From: Solobacterium sp.
GTDB lineage: Bacteria > Bacillota_I > Bacilli_A > Erysipelotrichales > Erysipelotrichaceae
NCBI GenBank assembly: GCA_022776215.1
Contig: JALFIR010000017.1
Location: 5,836-69,835, forward strand
DNA length: 64,000 nt
Reading direction: 5' to 3'
The notes below the pieces were generated by a model, which saw nothing but the letters and a program-made list of their open reading frames with translations, had not been told where the DNA came from and did no database searches. Of the stretch, positions 9,985-18,492 are shown one piece after another; within the stretch, counting starts at the first letter, position 1; every line of letters begins with the position of its first letter. The position numbers were made by a program, and so were the translations under genes.

Positions 9985-10434
9985 CTATGTAGAAAGTACA
10001 TATTTTTCCATTAGGGCAATAAATACGGTTGCCGTCATAATAATGATTAACGAAAAAGGGATAAACAAAACATTAAAATATTTTACTTGTTCAATAAAGA
10101 TGCCACCAATAAATACAATGACTACTAATACTGTTATAACAATCAATTCCTTTTTTAATTCATGTATTTTGTTTTTTAAAATGGCAATTCCATCAGCACT
10201 TGTTTTGGCCTTATTTATAAATGAAATTGTGAAATATATGATTATTGCTAAGCCTAGTAAATCTGAGACTATATAAAATACAAAATTATTAAAAAGTTCA
10301 AAGAATCCTACTTCGATATTTACAAGATCATGCCATAGTTCGCTTTTAAAAAACATTCCCGTTAAAAAGATTGACATTATAAAAACGATGCTAGTAATAA
10401 AAATACTTAAATATATTTTTTTGGTATTTATCAT
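9985..10434 (-). CDS. Hypothetical membrane protein (about 4 TM) inside the insertion that splits the RhuM/Doc gene
   Basis: 149-aa hydrophobic ORF with a GGGAG about 12 nt upstream of the ATG. No recognisable family. Confidence 0.45.
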   Translation of the reverse strand: MINTKKIYLSIFITSIVFIMSIFLTGMFFKSELWHDLVNIEVGFFELFNNFVFYIVSDLLGLAIIIYFTISFINKAKTSADGIAILKNKIHELKKELIVITVLVVIVFIGGIFIEQVKYFNVLFIPFSLIIIMTATVFIALMEKYVLST

Positions 10435-10534
10435 AATTCACAAACTCCCAATTCTTCATAATTATTTGTACAAACCTTATCAATAGTAACTCTACAAGCA
10501 ATCCATACACCAGCTTTACATATTAGTGCTGCTA

Positions 10535-10569
10535 CAAAAAATAGTTCAATTTAAAATTAAATTGAACTA
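10535..10569 (-). terminator. Minus-strand intrinsic terminator-like hairpin
   Basis: Perfect 12-bp arms TAGTTCAATTTA (10542-10553) and TAAATTGAACTA (10558-10569) with a 4-nt loop. On the minus strand the hairpin is followed by a T-run (A-run 10535-10541 on plus). Confidence 0.5.
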
Positions 10570-10759
10570 CAATAAAATACCGGTCTTATGCCTTGAAACA
10601 TAGTAATAATGCACGTTAATAAATCGCAAACTCTTCATACTTCATTATAATCATAAAGGCCAAAAAAATAAAATCTTTTAAGTATTCTCTTTTTAAAATG
10701 ATACCCAAGTAGTGGGCTTCACTCAGACAGTGAATCTACCCACTAACTGTGTATTTTTT

Positions 10760-10978
10760 ATGAAAAAGGCATATACTGAACAAGAGATAAAAATATTGAG
10801 CGAAAACCCCAATGTTAAAAATGTAAGAAGGAACAGATTGGGTTTAACTTTGGAATTTAGACAGAAGTTATATGACGAATGGGTTAAAGTCCCTAGAATC
10901 GGAACCATCAGAAAATTTTTAAATGAGAATGGTGTTGATACAAGAATGACCAAAAAATCTTTTATATTTCATTATTAA
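10760..10978 (+). mobile_element. IS-type transposase OrfA (HTH) N-terminal fragment, no catalytic part
   Basis: MKKAYTEQEIKILSENPNVKNVRRNRLGLTLEFRQKLYDEWVK resembles the HTH OrfA of IS3-like elements of Bacillota. It ends after 72 aa, directly abutting the resumed Fic/Doc fragment. An imperfect hairpin lies at 10710-10745. Confidence 0.5.
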
Positions 10979-10979
10979 G

Positions 10980-11183
10980 GATCATCCTTTTGCGGATGGT
11001 TGTAAAAGAATTGGTGCTTCTTTATTCTTAGAGTTTCTTAATAAGAATAAACACTTAATCATTGATGGTAAACAAATTATTTCTAATAATGCATTAGTAG
11101 CTATTACTTTAATGATTGCAGAATCAAGACAAGAAGAGAAGGATGTGATGGTTAAGTTAGTTATGAATTTTTTGAGATATTAA
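10980..11183 (+). pseudogene. C-terminal Fic/DOC-fold fragment of the disrupted RhuM-family gene
   Basis: Translates as DHPFADGCKRIGASLFLEFL... (a Doc-type HxFxDGxKR motif). There is no start codon and it begins 1 nt after the IS fragment. Confidence 0.65.
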
Positions 11184-11464
11184 AAACGTAAATTATTATG
11201 GTGTTTAGGAGATATTTCAACTGTCACAAAATTTGCGACAGTTGAAATCTTAAGGACATTTAAACCGTTAAAAGTGGTTGTTACATTTTTTGCAACAACC
11301 TCTTTAGTAGTTCTCAACAGTTAAGGTTTTGACATTATTCCCAATAGCGACACGCAAAAAATGTGTCTTGCTTTAAGAATGTTATGTTTACTGAAAAGGA
11401 ATATGCAAAATTTGCACGTTGCAATTTTTTAGTACGCTCATTTTTTTAGCATACTAAAAAAGAG

Positions 11465-12811
11465 CTAACAACTAGTAGCTCCTTGTAGGTTAGGCGTAAT
11501 CATATATGATTTACCGTGTTTCTTGTATAGATAAGTAGATACAAACATTGTAGTTAGTTCTGCAAGTGGCATTGTTAACCAAACACCAGTAACACCCATG
11601 AATATAGGCAGTACTAGGATATAAATAACTACAAGTATTAATGATCTAAGTGTTGATACAATGGCTGATAATAGGCCATTACCTAGGGCTGTGAAGTAGC
11701 CTGAGATAAAGACATTGAAGCCAATGAATAAGAATATTGGGTTAAATATCTTTAGGCCATACCATGTTATGTCAAATACATGTCCGTTTTCTACGAAGAT
11801 ATGAATGATGTCTTTACCAAAGATGTATGAGATGGCAGTAACTAGTATTGCGGTAATAATAATTGTTATAAAGCTATATCTAGTTGTTTCATTGATTTTG
11901 TCATAGTCTTTAGAACCAATGTTATAGCTAACGATTGGTGCTGCACCTACTGCGATTCCCATGTAGAAGGAAATAAAGAAGTAGTAGATGTTCATAATGA
12001 TGGTTACAGCAGCTACACCATCTTCTTGGAAATATTTAAAAATTATAATATTGAATAAGAATGTAGTGATGCCAGTTGATAGTTCCGTTAACATTTCACT
12101 ACTACCGTTGGTGCATGATTTAAGTAAAACATTCCAATCTATCTTGGGTTTGGTGAATTTAATGTTACTAAATTTAAGGAAATATACTAATCCTATAAGC
12201 ATGCTTATTGAGATTGAAGATAGGGTGCCAAATGCTGCACCTATGGTTCCTAAATTGAATATGGCAACTAATATATAATCGAATACCACATTTAAGACAA
12301 GACCAATAGATGACATAATCATACCAATGTCTGATCTGCCATCGGTTCTTACAAGATATTCAAAGAATAGTTTAAAGGACATAGGTATGCTTCCTAAGAA
12401 TATTACTAGGGCATATGGTAGTACGTGTACTAATAGTTTTTCACTACTTCCAAGGAAGATACAAATGGGTTTTAAAAATACGATACCAAAGATTGTGAAT
12501 AGTGTAGATAACAACAATAGTACGATGTTGATGAAGGTGAAGATTTCGTTGGCTTCTTGTTGTTTCTTTTGACCAAGTTTTTCACCTATAATAGCTCCAG
12601 ATCCTGTTGCTAACATGACGGATGTTCCAAAGATTATACAGGTTATTGGGATTACGATGTTGATGCCAGCTAGAGCATCTGAGCTAACGTATTTGGATAC
12701 AAAGAAACCATCGATGGCAGTATAGAATGATAAGAATATCATTGTTAGTACCGAGGGTACTAGGTATTTTAGAAATTGAGGGTAGCTCATTTTATTTTCA
12801 AAACAGTTCAT
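11465..12811 (-). CDS. MATE family efflux transporter
   Basis: About 12 TM segments with a typical MATE N-terminus (FLKYLVPSVLTMIF...). The start was trimmed to MNCFENK, preceded by GGAGAAAAT. Confidence 0.9.
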   Translation of the reverse strand: MNCFENKMSYPQFLKYLVPSVLTMIFLSFYTAIDGFFVSKYVSSDALAGINIVIPITCIIFGTSVMLATGSGAIIGEKLGQKKQQEANEIFTFINIVLLLLSTLFTIFGIVFLKPICIFLGSSEKLLVHVLPYALVIFLGSIPMSFKLFFEYLVRTDGRSDIGMIMSSIGLVLNVVFDYILVAIFNLGTIGAAFGTLSSISISMLIGLVYFLKFSNIKFTKPKIDWNVLLKSCTNGSSEMLTELSTGITTFLFNIIIFKYFQEDGVAAVTIIMNIYYFFISFYMGIAVGAAPIVSYNIGSKDYDKINETTRYSFITIIITAILVTAISYIFGKDIIHIFVENGHVFDITWYGLKIFNPIFLFIGFNVFISGYFTALGNGLLSAIVSTLRSLILVVIYILVLPIFMGVTGVWLTMPLAELTTMFVSTYLYKKHGKSYMITPNLQGATSC

Positions 12812-13004
12812 ATTTTCTCCTGATTTAACAATATCTAATACTAAACTATATAGTAGGTATATAGTCAAGAAGTTTTTTAAAAAAATGTGTTGTCAACACC
12901 TAAAATGATGAAACTATATTTAATGAAAATCCTATTCATAATTTTGTTTACAATTTTATAAGTTAGCCTATCCTTTTATTGTTTCGGTCATTATAATTGT
13001 AATG

Positions 13005-13024
13005 GTTGAACATTCAACTATAAT
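13005..13024 (+). promoter_or_regulatory. 14-bp palindrome GTTGAACATTCAAC abutting a TATAAT box upstream of nrdD
   Basis: Palindrome at 13005-13018, TATAAT at 13019-13024, SD AGGAG at 13034-13038, ATG at 13048. Nearly the same palindrome recurs at 21449-21462. Confidence 0.55.
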
Positions 13025-13047
13025 CTAAACCATAGGAGAAACTTATT

Positions 13048-15327
13048 ATGAATCAAATAAAAAAGCGTAAGGGCAATTTGGTAGCTTATGACCCTGAGAA
13101 GATAAGAGTAGCTATCACTAGTGCTAATCATGATATTAAGAAGAAGGCTTCTGATGCAGAAATTGAAGTAATCTTTGAGGCGGCTAAAAATGAGGTTGAG
13201 GAGCTTTTAACTAATCATAATGTTTCTGTAGATGAGATTAATGATATCGTTGAAAGAGCGATGATGAAATATGATTGTTACGAATTAGCTAAACAATTTA
13301 TTGAGTATCGTTACCGTCATAAATTAATTAGAGAATCAAATACAACTGATGAATCTATTTTTGAATTGATTAATGGTAAGTCAGAGTATTGGAATGAAGA
13401 GAATTCAAATAAGAATGCAAGACTTGTTACTACACAACGTGACTATATTGCGGGTATTGTGAATACAGATATTGCTAGAAGATTCTTACTACCAAAGGAT
13501 GTGGTTAAGGCTCATGATGAGGGTATCATCCATGAACATGATATGGATTATCTAGCGGATTTCGCAAGGCATAATTGTGAGCTTATCAATCTTGAGGATA
13601 TGCTTCAAAATGGTACTGTTTTAAATGGTGTAATGATTGAAAAGCCACATCGTTTTATTACAGCAAGTACTATTGCAACTCAAATCATGACTGCGGTTAG
13701 CGCTTCTAGTTATGGTGGTTTAACAGTTACCTTGACTCATTTAGCACCTTTTGTAAGATCTAGTTTCTATAGACACTATAAATTTTTTGTGAAGGAAGTT
13801 CTTGGTCAAGAATTGAACGCGTTGATTAACGAAGATACAAGAATGGATAGTGATGTTTATGCATCTATTCCTGCTGCCTTAGATTATGCGACTAAGCAAA
13901 TTAAGAAGGAAGTTGAAGATGGTGTTCAAACTTTCAATTATCAAATTAATTCAATGTCTTCAACCAATGGTCAATCACCTTTCTGTTCAGTATTTATGTA
14001 TCTAAATGAAACTGATGAATATAAAGATGAATTAGCTATGATTATCGAGGAGTTCTTGAAACAAAGAATTCAAGGCTTAAAGAATGAAAAGGGTATTTAT
14101 GTTACCCAAGCTTTCCCTAAGCTTCTTTATGTCTTGGAAGAAGATAATATTACCGAAGGTTCTAGATATTGGTATTTAACAGAATTAAGTGCTAAGTGTT
14201 CTGCTAAGCGTTTAGTTCCAGACTATGTTTCTGAGAAGATGATGAAGAGTCTTAAGATTAATAAGTTTGGTGTTGGAGATTGTTATGGTCCTATGGGCTG
14301 TAGATCTTTCTTAACTCCAGATAGAATTGAGGGTAATCCTGCTAATGCCTTAAATTATGATCCAAATAAGGGTAAGTATTGGGGTAGATTCAATATGGGT
14401 GTATGTACAGTTAATCTATTTGATGCGGCTTTAAGTTCTAATCGTAATGAGGGTGAGTTCTGGAAATTATTAGATGATAGATGTGAATTATGTCATACAG
14501 GTTTGAAGGTTAGAATTAATAGATTAGCTAGTGCTACTAGTGATGTGGCTCCAATATTGTGGCAACATGGTGCTTTGGCAAGACTACAACCTCATGAGAA
14601 GTTGGAAAAGTTAGTATATGGTGGTTATTCTACTGCTTCACTTGGTTATGCAGCTTTATATGAATGTGTTAAGTATATGACAGGCTTGAATCTTACTGAT
14701 AAAGAGGGCGAGGCTTTTGGTATGCGTGTCATGAATTTCTTGAATGATAAGTGTGCTAAGTGGAAAAAGGAAGAGAATATTGATTATTCTGTTTATGGTA
14801 CGCCTCTTGAGACTACTACTTATAAGTTTGCGAAGATGGCTAAGAAGAAGTTTGGCGATGATGTGTTTGTAAAACTTGATGGTCATGATAGAGATTATGT
14901 GACTAATTCAAGTCATACTCCTGTTTTCCAAAATATTGATGCGTTTGATAAGTTGGATATTGATGGTAAGTTCCAAGAATTATCTCCAGGTGGTAATGTA
15001 ATTTATATTGAGACACCTAATCTTCAAAATAATATTGAGGCAATTTTAGAAGTAATCAAATATATGTATGATCATACTATGTATGGTGAATTAAATACTA
15101 AGTCTGATTATTGCATGAATTGTGGTTATGATGGCGAGATTATGGTTGTTGAGGATGAAAAGACTCATAAGCTAGTTTGGGAATGTCCAAATTGTAAGAA
15201 CCGTGACCAAAATAAGATGCAGGTAACAAGACGTACTTGTGGTTATCTAGGTTCTCATTATTGGAATCAGGGTAGAACTGATGAGATAAGATCTAGAGTA
15301 TTGCATCTAGATAATGTATGCGAATAA
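13048..15327 (+). CDS. nrdD: Anaerobic ribonucleoside-triphosphate reductase (class III, E. coli/T4-like type)
   Basis: N-terminal ATP-cone, PMGCRSFL motif, C-terminal Zn ribbon (CMNCGY...CPNCKN) and glycyl-radical motif RRTCGYLGS. Confidence 0.95.
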   Translation: MNQIKKRKGNLVAYDPEKIRVAITSANHDIKKKASDAEIEVIFEAAKNEVEELLTNHNVSVDEINDIVERAMMKYDCYELAKQFIEYRYRHKLIRESNTTDESIFELINGKSEYWNEENSNKNARLVTTQRDYIAGIVNTDIARRFLLPKDVVKAHDEGIIHEHDMDYLADFARHNCELINLEDMLQNGTVLNGVMIEKPHRFITASTIATQIMTAVSASSYGGLTVTLTHLAPFVRSSFYRHYKFFVKEVLGQELNALINEDTRMDSDVYASIPAALDYATKQIKKEVEDGVQTFNYQINSMSSTNGQSPFCSVFMYLNETDEYKDELAMIIEEFLKQRIQGLKNEKGIYVTQAFPKLLYVLEEDNITEGSRYWYLTELSAKCSAKRLVPDYVSEKMMKSLKINKFGVGDCYGPMGCRSFLTPDRIEGNPANALNYDPNKGKYWGRFNMGVCTVNLFDAALSSNRNEGEFWKLLDDRCELCHTGLKVRINRLASATSDVAPILWQHGALARLQPHEKLEKLVYGGYSTASLGYAALYECVKYMTGLNLTDKEGEAFGMRVMNFLNDKCAKWKKEENIDYSVYGTPLETTTYKFAKMAKKKFGDDVFVKLDGHDRDYVTNSSHTPVFQNIDAFDKLDIDGKFQELSPGGNVIYIETPNLQNNIEAILEVIKYMYDHTMYGELNTKSDYCMNCGYDGEIMVVEDEKTHKLVWECPNCKNRDQNKMQVTRRTCGYLGSHYWNQGRTDEIRSRVLHLDNVCE

Positions 15328-15337
15328 TTGAATGAAG

Positions 15338-15362
15338 TCGCTGGCTATGCTGGCGATTTTTT
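15338..15362 (+). terminator. Intrinsic terminator after nrdD
   Basis: 8-bp stem 15338-15345 / 15349-15356 (two G-U pairs) with a 3-nt loop, followed by TTTTTT. Confidence 0.55.
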
Positions 15363-15575
15363 CTTATTGTTTTTATACCCCATAAATTCTATATGGGGTA
15401 TAAAGGGTATAACAACTAAAGACTGTAACGAATAGTGAAAACTGATTTGTATAAATATCAGGTAAATTAATAGCACTTCTTTTAATTATTAAGTGTGCAC
15501 CCAATAAAACTATATACTTTTTGGTGCAATAAGATAGATAAGAAGTATATTTTATTAAAAGGAAGAATATTGGTC

Positions 15576-15581
15576 TAAAAT
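15576..15581 (+). promoter_or_regulatory. -10 box TAAAAT placed 6 nt before the nrdG ATG (leaderless geometry)
   Basis: TAAAAT-GGATAT-ATG with no SD upstream. Confidence 0.45.
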
Positions 15582-15587
15582 GGATAT

Positions 15588-16079
15588 ATGAGATATGCAC
15601 AAATAAGAAAAAAAGATATTGCGAATGGACCTGGCATCCGTGTGAGTATATTTGTACAAGGATGTCATTTTCATTGTAAGAATTGTTTTAATAGTGATAC
15701 TTGGGATTTTAATGGTGGCCAAGAATTTAAACAAGAAGTTTTAGATAGATTATTAGAATATGGCGAAGATGTCCATGTCTGTGGTTTATCCGTTTTGGGT
15801 GGTGAACCATTGAATGAGAGAAATGTTGATGGTGTTGTAGAAATTTGTAAGGCTTTTAGAGAAAAGTTTCCAGATAAGTCTATATGGCTTTGGAGTGGCT
15901 ATACTTATGAAAACCTTAATGATAATCAAAGAAGAGTATTAGAATATTTAGATGTCTTGGTTGATGGCCAATTTGAAGATGAACTAAAGGATTTTAGACT
16001 TAAGTATCGTGGTTCTAGTAATCAAAGAGTGATTGATGTAAAGAAAAGTAGTATTAATAATATAGTTTCAATGATATAA
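15588..16079 (+). CDS. nrdG: Anaerobic ribonucleotide reductase activating protein (radical SAM)
   Basis: DIANGPGIRVSIFVQGCHFHCKNCFN (CxxxCxxC) in a 163-aa protein. Confidence 0.9.
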   Translation: MRYAQIRKKDIANGPGIRVSIFVQGCHFHCKNCFNSDTWDFNGGQEFKQEVLDRLLEYGEDVHVCGLSVLGGEPLNERNVDGVVEICKAFREKFPDKSIWLWSGYTYENLNDNQRRVLEYLDVLVDGQFEDELKDFRLKYRGSSNQRVIDVKKSSINNIVSMI

Positions 16080-16081
16080 CT

Positions 16082-16196
16082 CTTCAATAATGGAACATTT
16101 AGAGTATAATTATCCTTCAAAAGTGGAACATTTTGCGTTTAGAAGGTCTTCAATAATGGAATATTCTTTGTAAAAATAGTTTTCAATAATGGAACT
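16082..16196 (+). repeat. Four direct repeats CTTCAATAATGGAACA phased at exactly 33 bp
   Basis: Copies at 16082-16097, 16115-16130 (CTTCAAAAGTGGAACA), 16148-16163 (..GGAATA) and 16181-16196 (TTTCAATAATGGAACT). A TATAAT lies at 16211-16216. Confidence 0.9.
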
Positions 16197-16240
16197 TGTG
16201 TATTTTAATGTATAATAAACATAAGGAGAAATGGGCTAAA

Positions 16241-17584
16241 ATGAAGATTTTTAAGAGAAAAGCTTATCAATCATTATTGGAGTGGAAAAATAAATACTCA
16301 AATAATTATGCTTGTTTACTAGAAGGGGCTAGAAGAGTGGGCAAGTCTACACTTGCGGAAGAGTTCGCAAAGAATGAATTTAGGTCTTATATTAGAGTGG
16401 ATTTTTCGGATATTACTAATGAAATGTTGGAGATATTTGATGATATTGCGAATTTAAATTATTTTTTCTTGCGTCTACAGGCAATGACTAATGTTACTTT
16501 GTATGAAAAAGAGTCGGTCATTATCTTTGATGAGATTCAGCTATGTCCTAAGGTTAGACAGGCAGTCAAACACTTAGTTAAAGACGGACGTTATTTTTAT
16601 ATTGAGACAGGTTCTTTGTTGTCGATTAAACAAAATGTTCAAAGTATCGTCATCCCTTCTGAGGAACATAAGATTTCTATTCATCCATTGGACTATGAGG
16701 AATTCCTGTGGGCTACTGGAGAGAATAGTGAATTATTAAAAGAAGTCGCAAAGAAAAAGATTCCTTTGGGTGATGGGGTCAATAGAAGATTGATGAAAAG
16801 TTTCAGACTATATATAGCTGTTGGTGGCATGCCTCAAGCAGTCAATGAATATATTGATACTAATAATCTTGAAAGAGTTGATAAGGTTAAGAGCAAGATA
16901 TTGTCTTTATATAATGATGATTTGTTCAAAATAGATGTTTCTGGTAAGACGAGTGCCATGTTTGATGCAATTCCAAGTCAATTAGCTCTTCAAAAGAAAT
17001 ATTTTTCCATTTCTATGGCTACTAAAAAGAAGAAGACTTCTAAGGATGAGGAAAGATTCTTTAACTTGCTTAATTCGAAGACAGTTATTCCTGTGTTTAA
17101 TGTCACACAACCTTGTTTTGAATTAGCTCAGGATAAACAATTGGATAAGTTTAAACTCTATTTCTCTGATGTGGGTTTGTTTGTCACAAGATTGTTTAAC
17201 AATGGTAAGGGTGTAGAAAATGATATCTATAACAAGTTGTTGAGTGATAGGATTGATGCAAACTTGGGTTATTTGTATGAGAATGCGATTGCGCAGATAT
17301 TAACCGCAAATAATTTAGATTTCTATTATTATACTTGGAAGGATGATGATGATCCACATCTAAAGGAAATAGATTTCTTGTTGGCTTCTCATAAAAAACT
17401 TATTCCAATTGAGGTTAAGTCAGCTTATAGGAATAATCATAAGTCGTTGGATGTTTTTGTGAATAAACATTCTAAGGTTGTTGGTAGACGCATTCTTGTT
17501 TCACAAAAGGATTTTGGTAATGAAGAAATGTTGGAATTAATTCCGTTTTATGCTTTTCCTTTTGTTGCGTCTAATGAATTTTAA
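16241..17584 (+). CDS. AAA-type ATPase with C-terminal DUF4143 / PD-(D/E)xK-like domain
   Basis: Walker A GARRVGKST, Walker B IIFDEIQ, and C-terminal EIDFLL...IPIEVKS. The start was trimmed to MKIFKRKAYQ, after AAGGAG. Confidence 0.8.
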   Translation: MKIFKRKAYQSLLEWKNKYSNNYACLLEGARRVGKSTLAEEFAKNEFRSYIRVDFSDITNEMLEIFDDIANLNYFFLRLQAMTNVTLYEKESVIIFDEIQLCPKVRQAVKHLVKDGRYFYIETGSLLSIKQNVQSIVIPSEEHKISIHPLDYEEFLWATGENSELLKEVAKKKIPLGDGVNRRLMKSFRLYIAVGGMPQAVNEYIDTNNLERVDKVKSKILSLYNDDLFKIDVSGKTSAMFDAIPSQLALQKKYFSISMATKKKKTSKDEERFFNLLNSKTVIPVFNVTQPCFELAQDKQLDKFKLYFSDVGLFVTRLFNNGKGVENDIYNKLLSDRIDANLGYLYENAIAQILTANNLDFYYYTWKDDDDPHLKEIDFLLASHKKLIPIEVKSAYRNNHKSLDVFVNKHSKVVGRRILVSQKDFGNEEMLELIPFYAFPFVASNEF

Positions 17585-17589
17585 AAGTG

Positions 17590-17598
17590 TGTTAGAAT
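17590..17598 (+). promoter_or_regulatory. Extended -10 (TGtTAGAAT) 6 nt before the ATG of the first U32 gene (leaderless geometry)
   Basis: TG-T-TAGAAT-TGTGCT-ATG with no SD. Confidence 0.5.
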
Positions 17599-17604
17599 TG
17601 TGCT

Positions 17605-18492
17605 ATGGAGACTCTTGTTACATTATCAAAAATAGATAGATTAGATAGATACACCAAGAATGACGTTGATGGTCTTTTGTTTGGTGGTCCTTTAAGTTTG
17701 CGTTTTAATTATTCTTTAAGCGAAATTAATACAATCAATGAATATTGTCATAAAGAGGGCTTAAAGAGATATATTGTGCTTGATGCCTTTATCAGTGAAA
17801 ATGATAAGGCTGTAGTGAATGATTATTTTAGTTTTTTAAAGAATTTGGATGTTGATGGTATATATTTTACTGACTTAGGCATCATTAATGTTGCTAGTTC
17901 TTTTGGAATGGGAGACAAATTAATCTATGACCCAGATACCTTATTAACTAATAGTTTGGATATTAACTTCTTCTTACGCCAGGGTATTGGTACTGTTTTG
18001 GCTAGGGAATTGAGTTTAGATGAGGTTAAAAGGATCTTAACAAATAATCCTGGTAAATGTGATATGCAAGTGTTTGGTCATCTTAAGATGTCTTATTCTA
18101 AGCGTCATTTTATGACTAATTACTTTAATTATTTAGGAGTAGAAAAAGATATATTAGGAAAGCGTAATATTACATTAGTTGAAGAGAATCGTAATTACCG
18201 TTTGCCTATTTTAGAGGATGAATACGGTACTCGTATTTATTCTGACTATATCTTTTTGATGTATAAAGAATTTGCAGATTTAAAGCCTTTATTAAAAAGA
18301 GCTATTATCGATGATACTTTTATTGAAAATACTAATTTAATTTTTGCGATTTTAAGAGATGTAAAAAGAGTTAGTGATGTGAATGCGGTGTTCTTAGAAG
18401 AGAATATTTTAAGTAAATACGATAATTATCAATTTTCTAATGGATACTTATCAAATAAAACAAGTAAGGTAAAGGAGGATGGCAATGAATAA
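17605..18492 (+). CDS. Peptidase U32 family protein (YrrN/TrhP-like, probable tRNA U34 hydroxylation factor)
   Basis: U32-family sequence upstream of, and overlapping, a second U32 gene, as in the B. subtilis yrrN-yrrO pair. Confidence 0.75.
   Translation: METLVTLSKIDRLDRYTKNDVDGLLFGGPLSLRFNYSLSEINTINEYCHKEGLKRYIVLDAFISENDKAVVNDYFSFLKNLDVDGIYFTDLGIINVASSFGMGDKLIYDPDTLLTNSLDINFFLRQGIGTVLARELSLDEVKRILTNNPGKCDMQVFGHLKMSYSKRHFMTNYFNYLGVEKDILGKRNITLVEENRNYRLPILEDEYGTRIYSDYIFLMYKEFADLKPLLKRAIIDDTFIENTNLIFAILRDVKRVSDVNAVFLEENILSKYDNYQFSNGYLSNKTSKVKEDGNE

Noticed and set aside
12887-12924. Possible NrdR boxes upstream of nrdD-1: the palindrome GTGTTGTCAACAC at 12887-12899 and AAACTATATTTAAT at 12911-12924.
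   Set aside because: Neither matches the NrdR consensus (acaCwAtATaTwGtgt) well. The first has the arms in the opposite order, and the spacing between them is not the usual ~31-32 bp. No nrdR gene is visible in the window. The first palindrome remains unexplained.
16082-16196. The four 33-bp-phased repeats considered as a CRISPR array.
   Set aside because: The conserved core is only ~16 nt with ~17-nt spacers, there are only four units, the repeats are imperfect, and there are no cas genes. Periodicity and promoter proximity fit protein-binding sites better.
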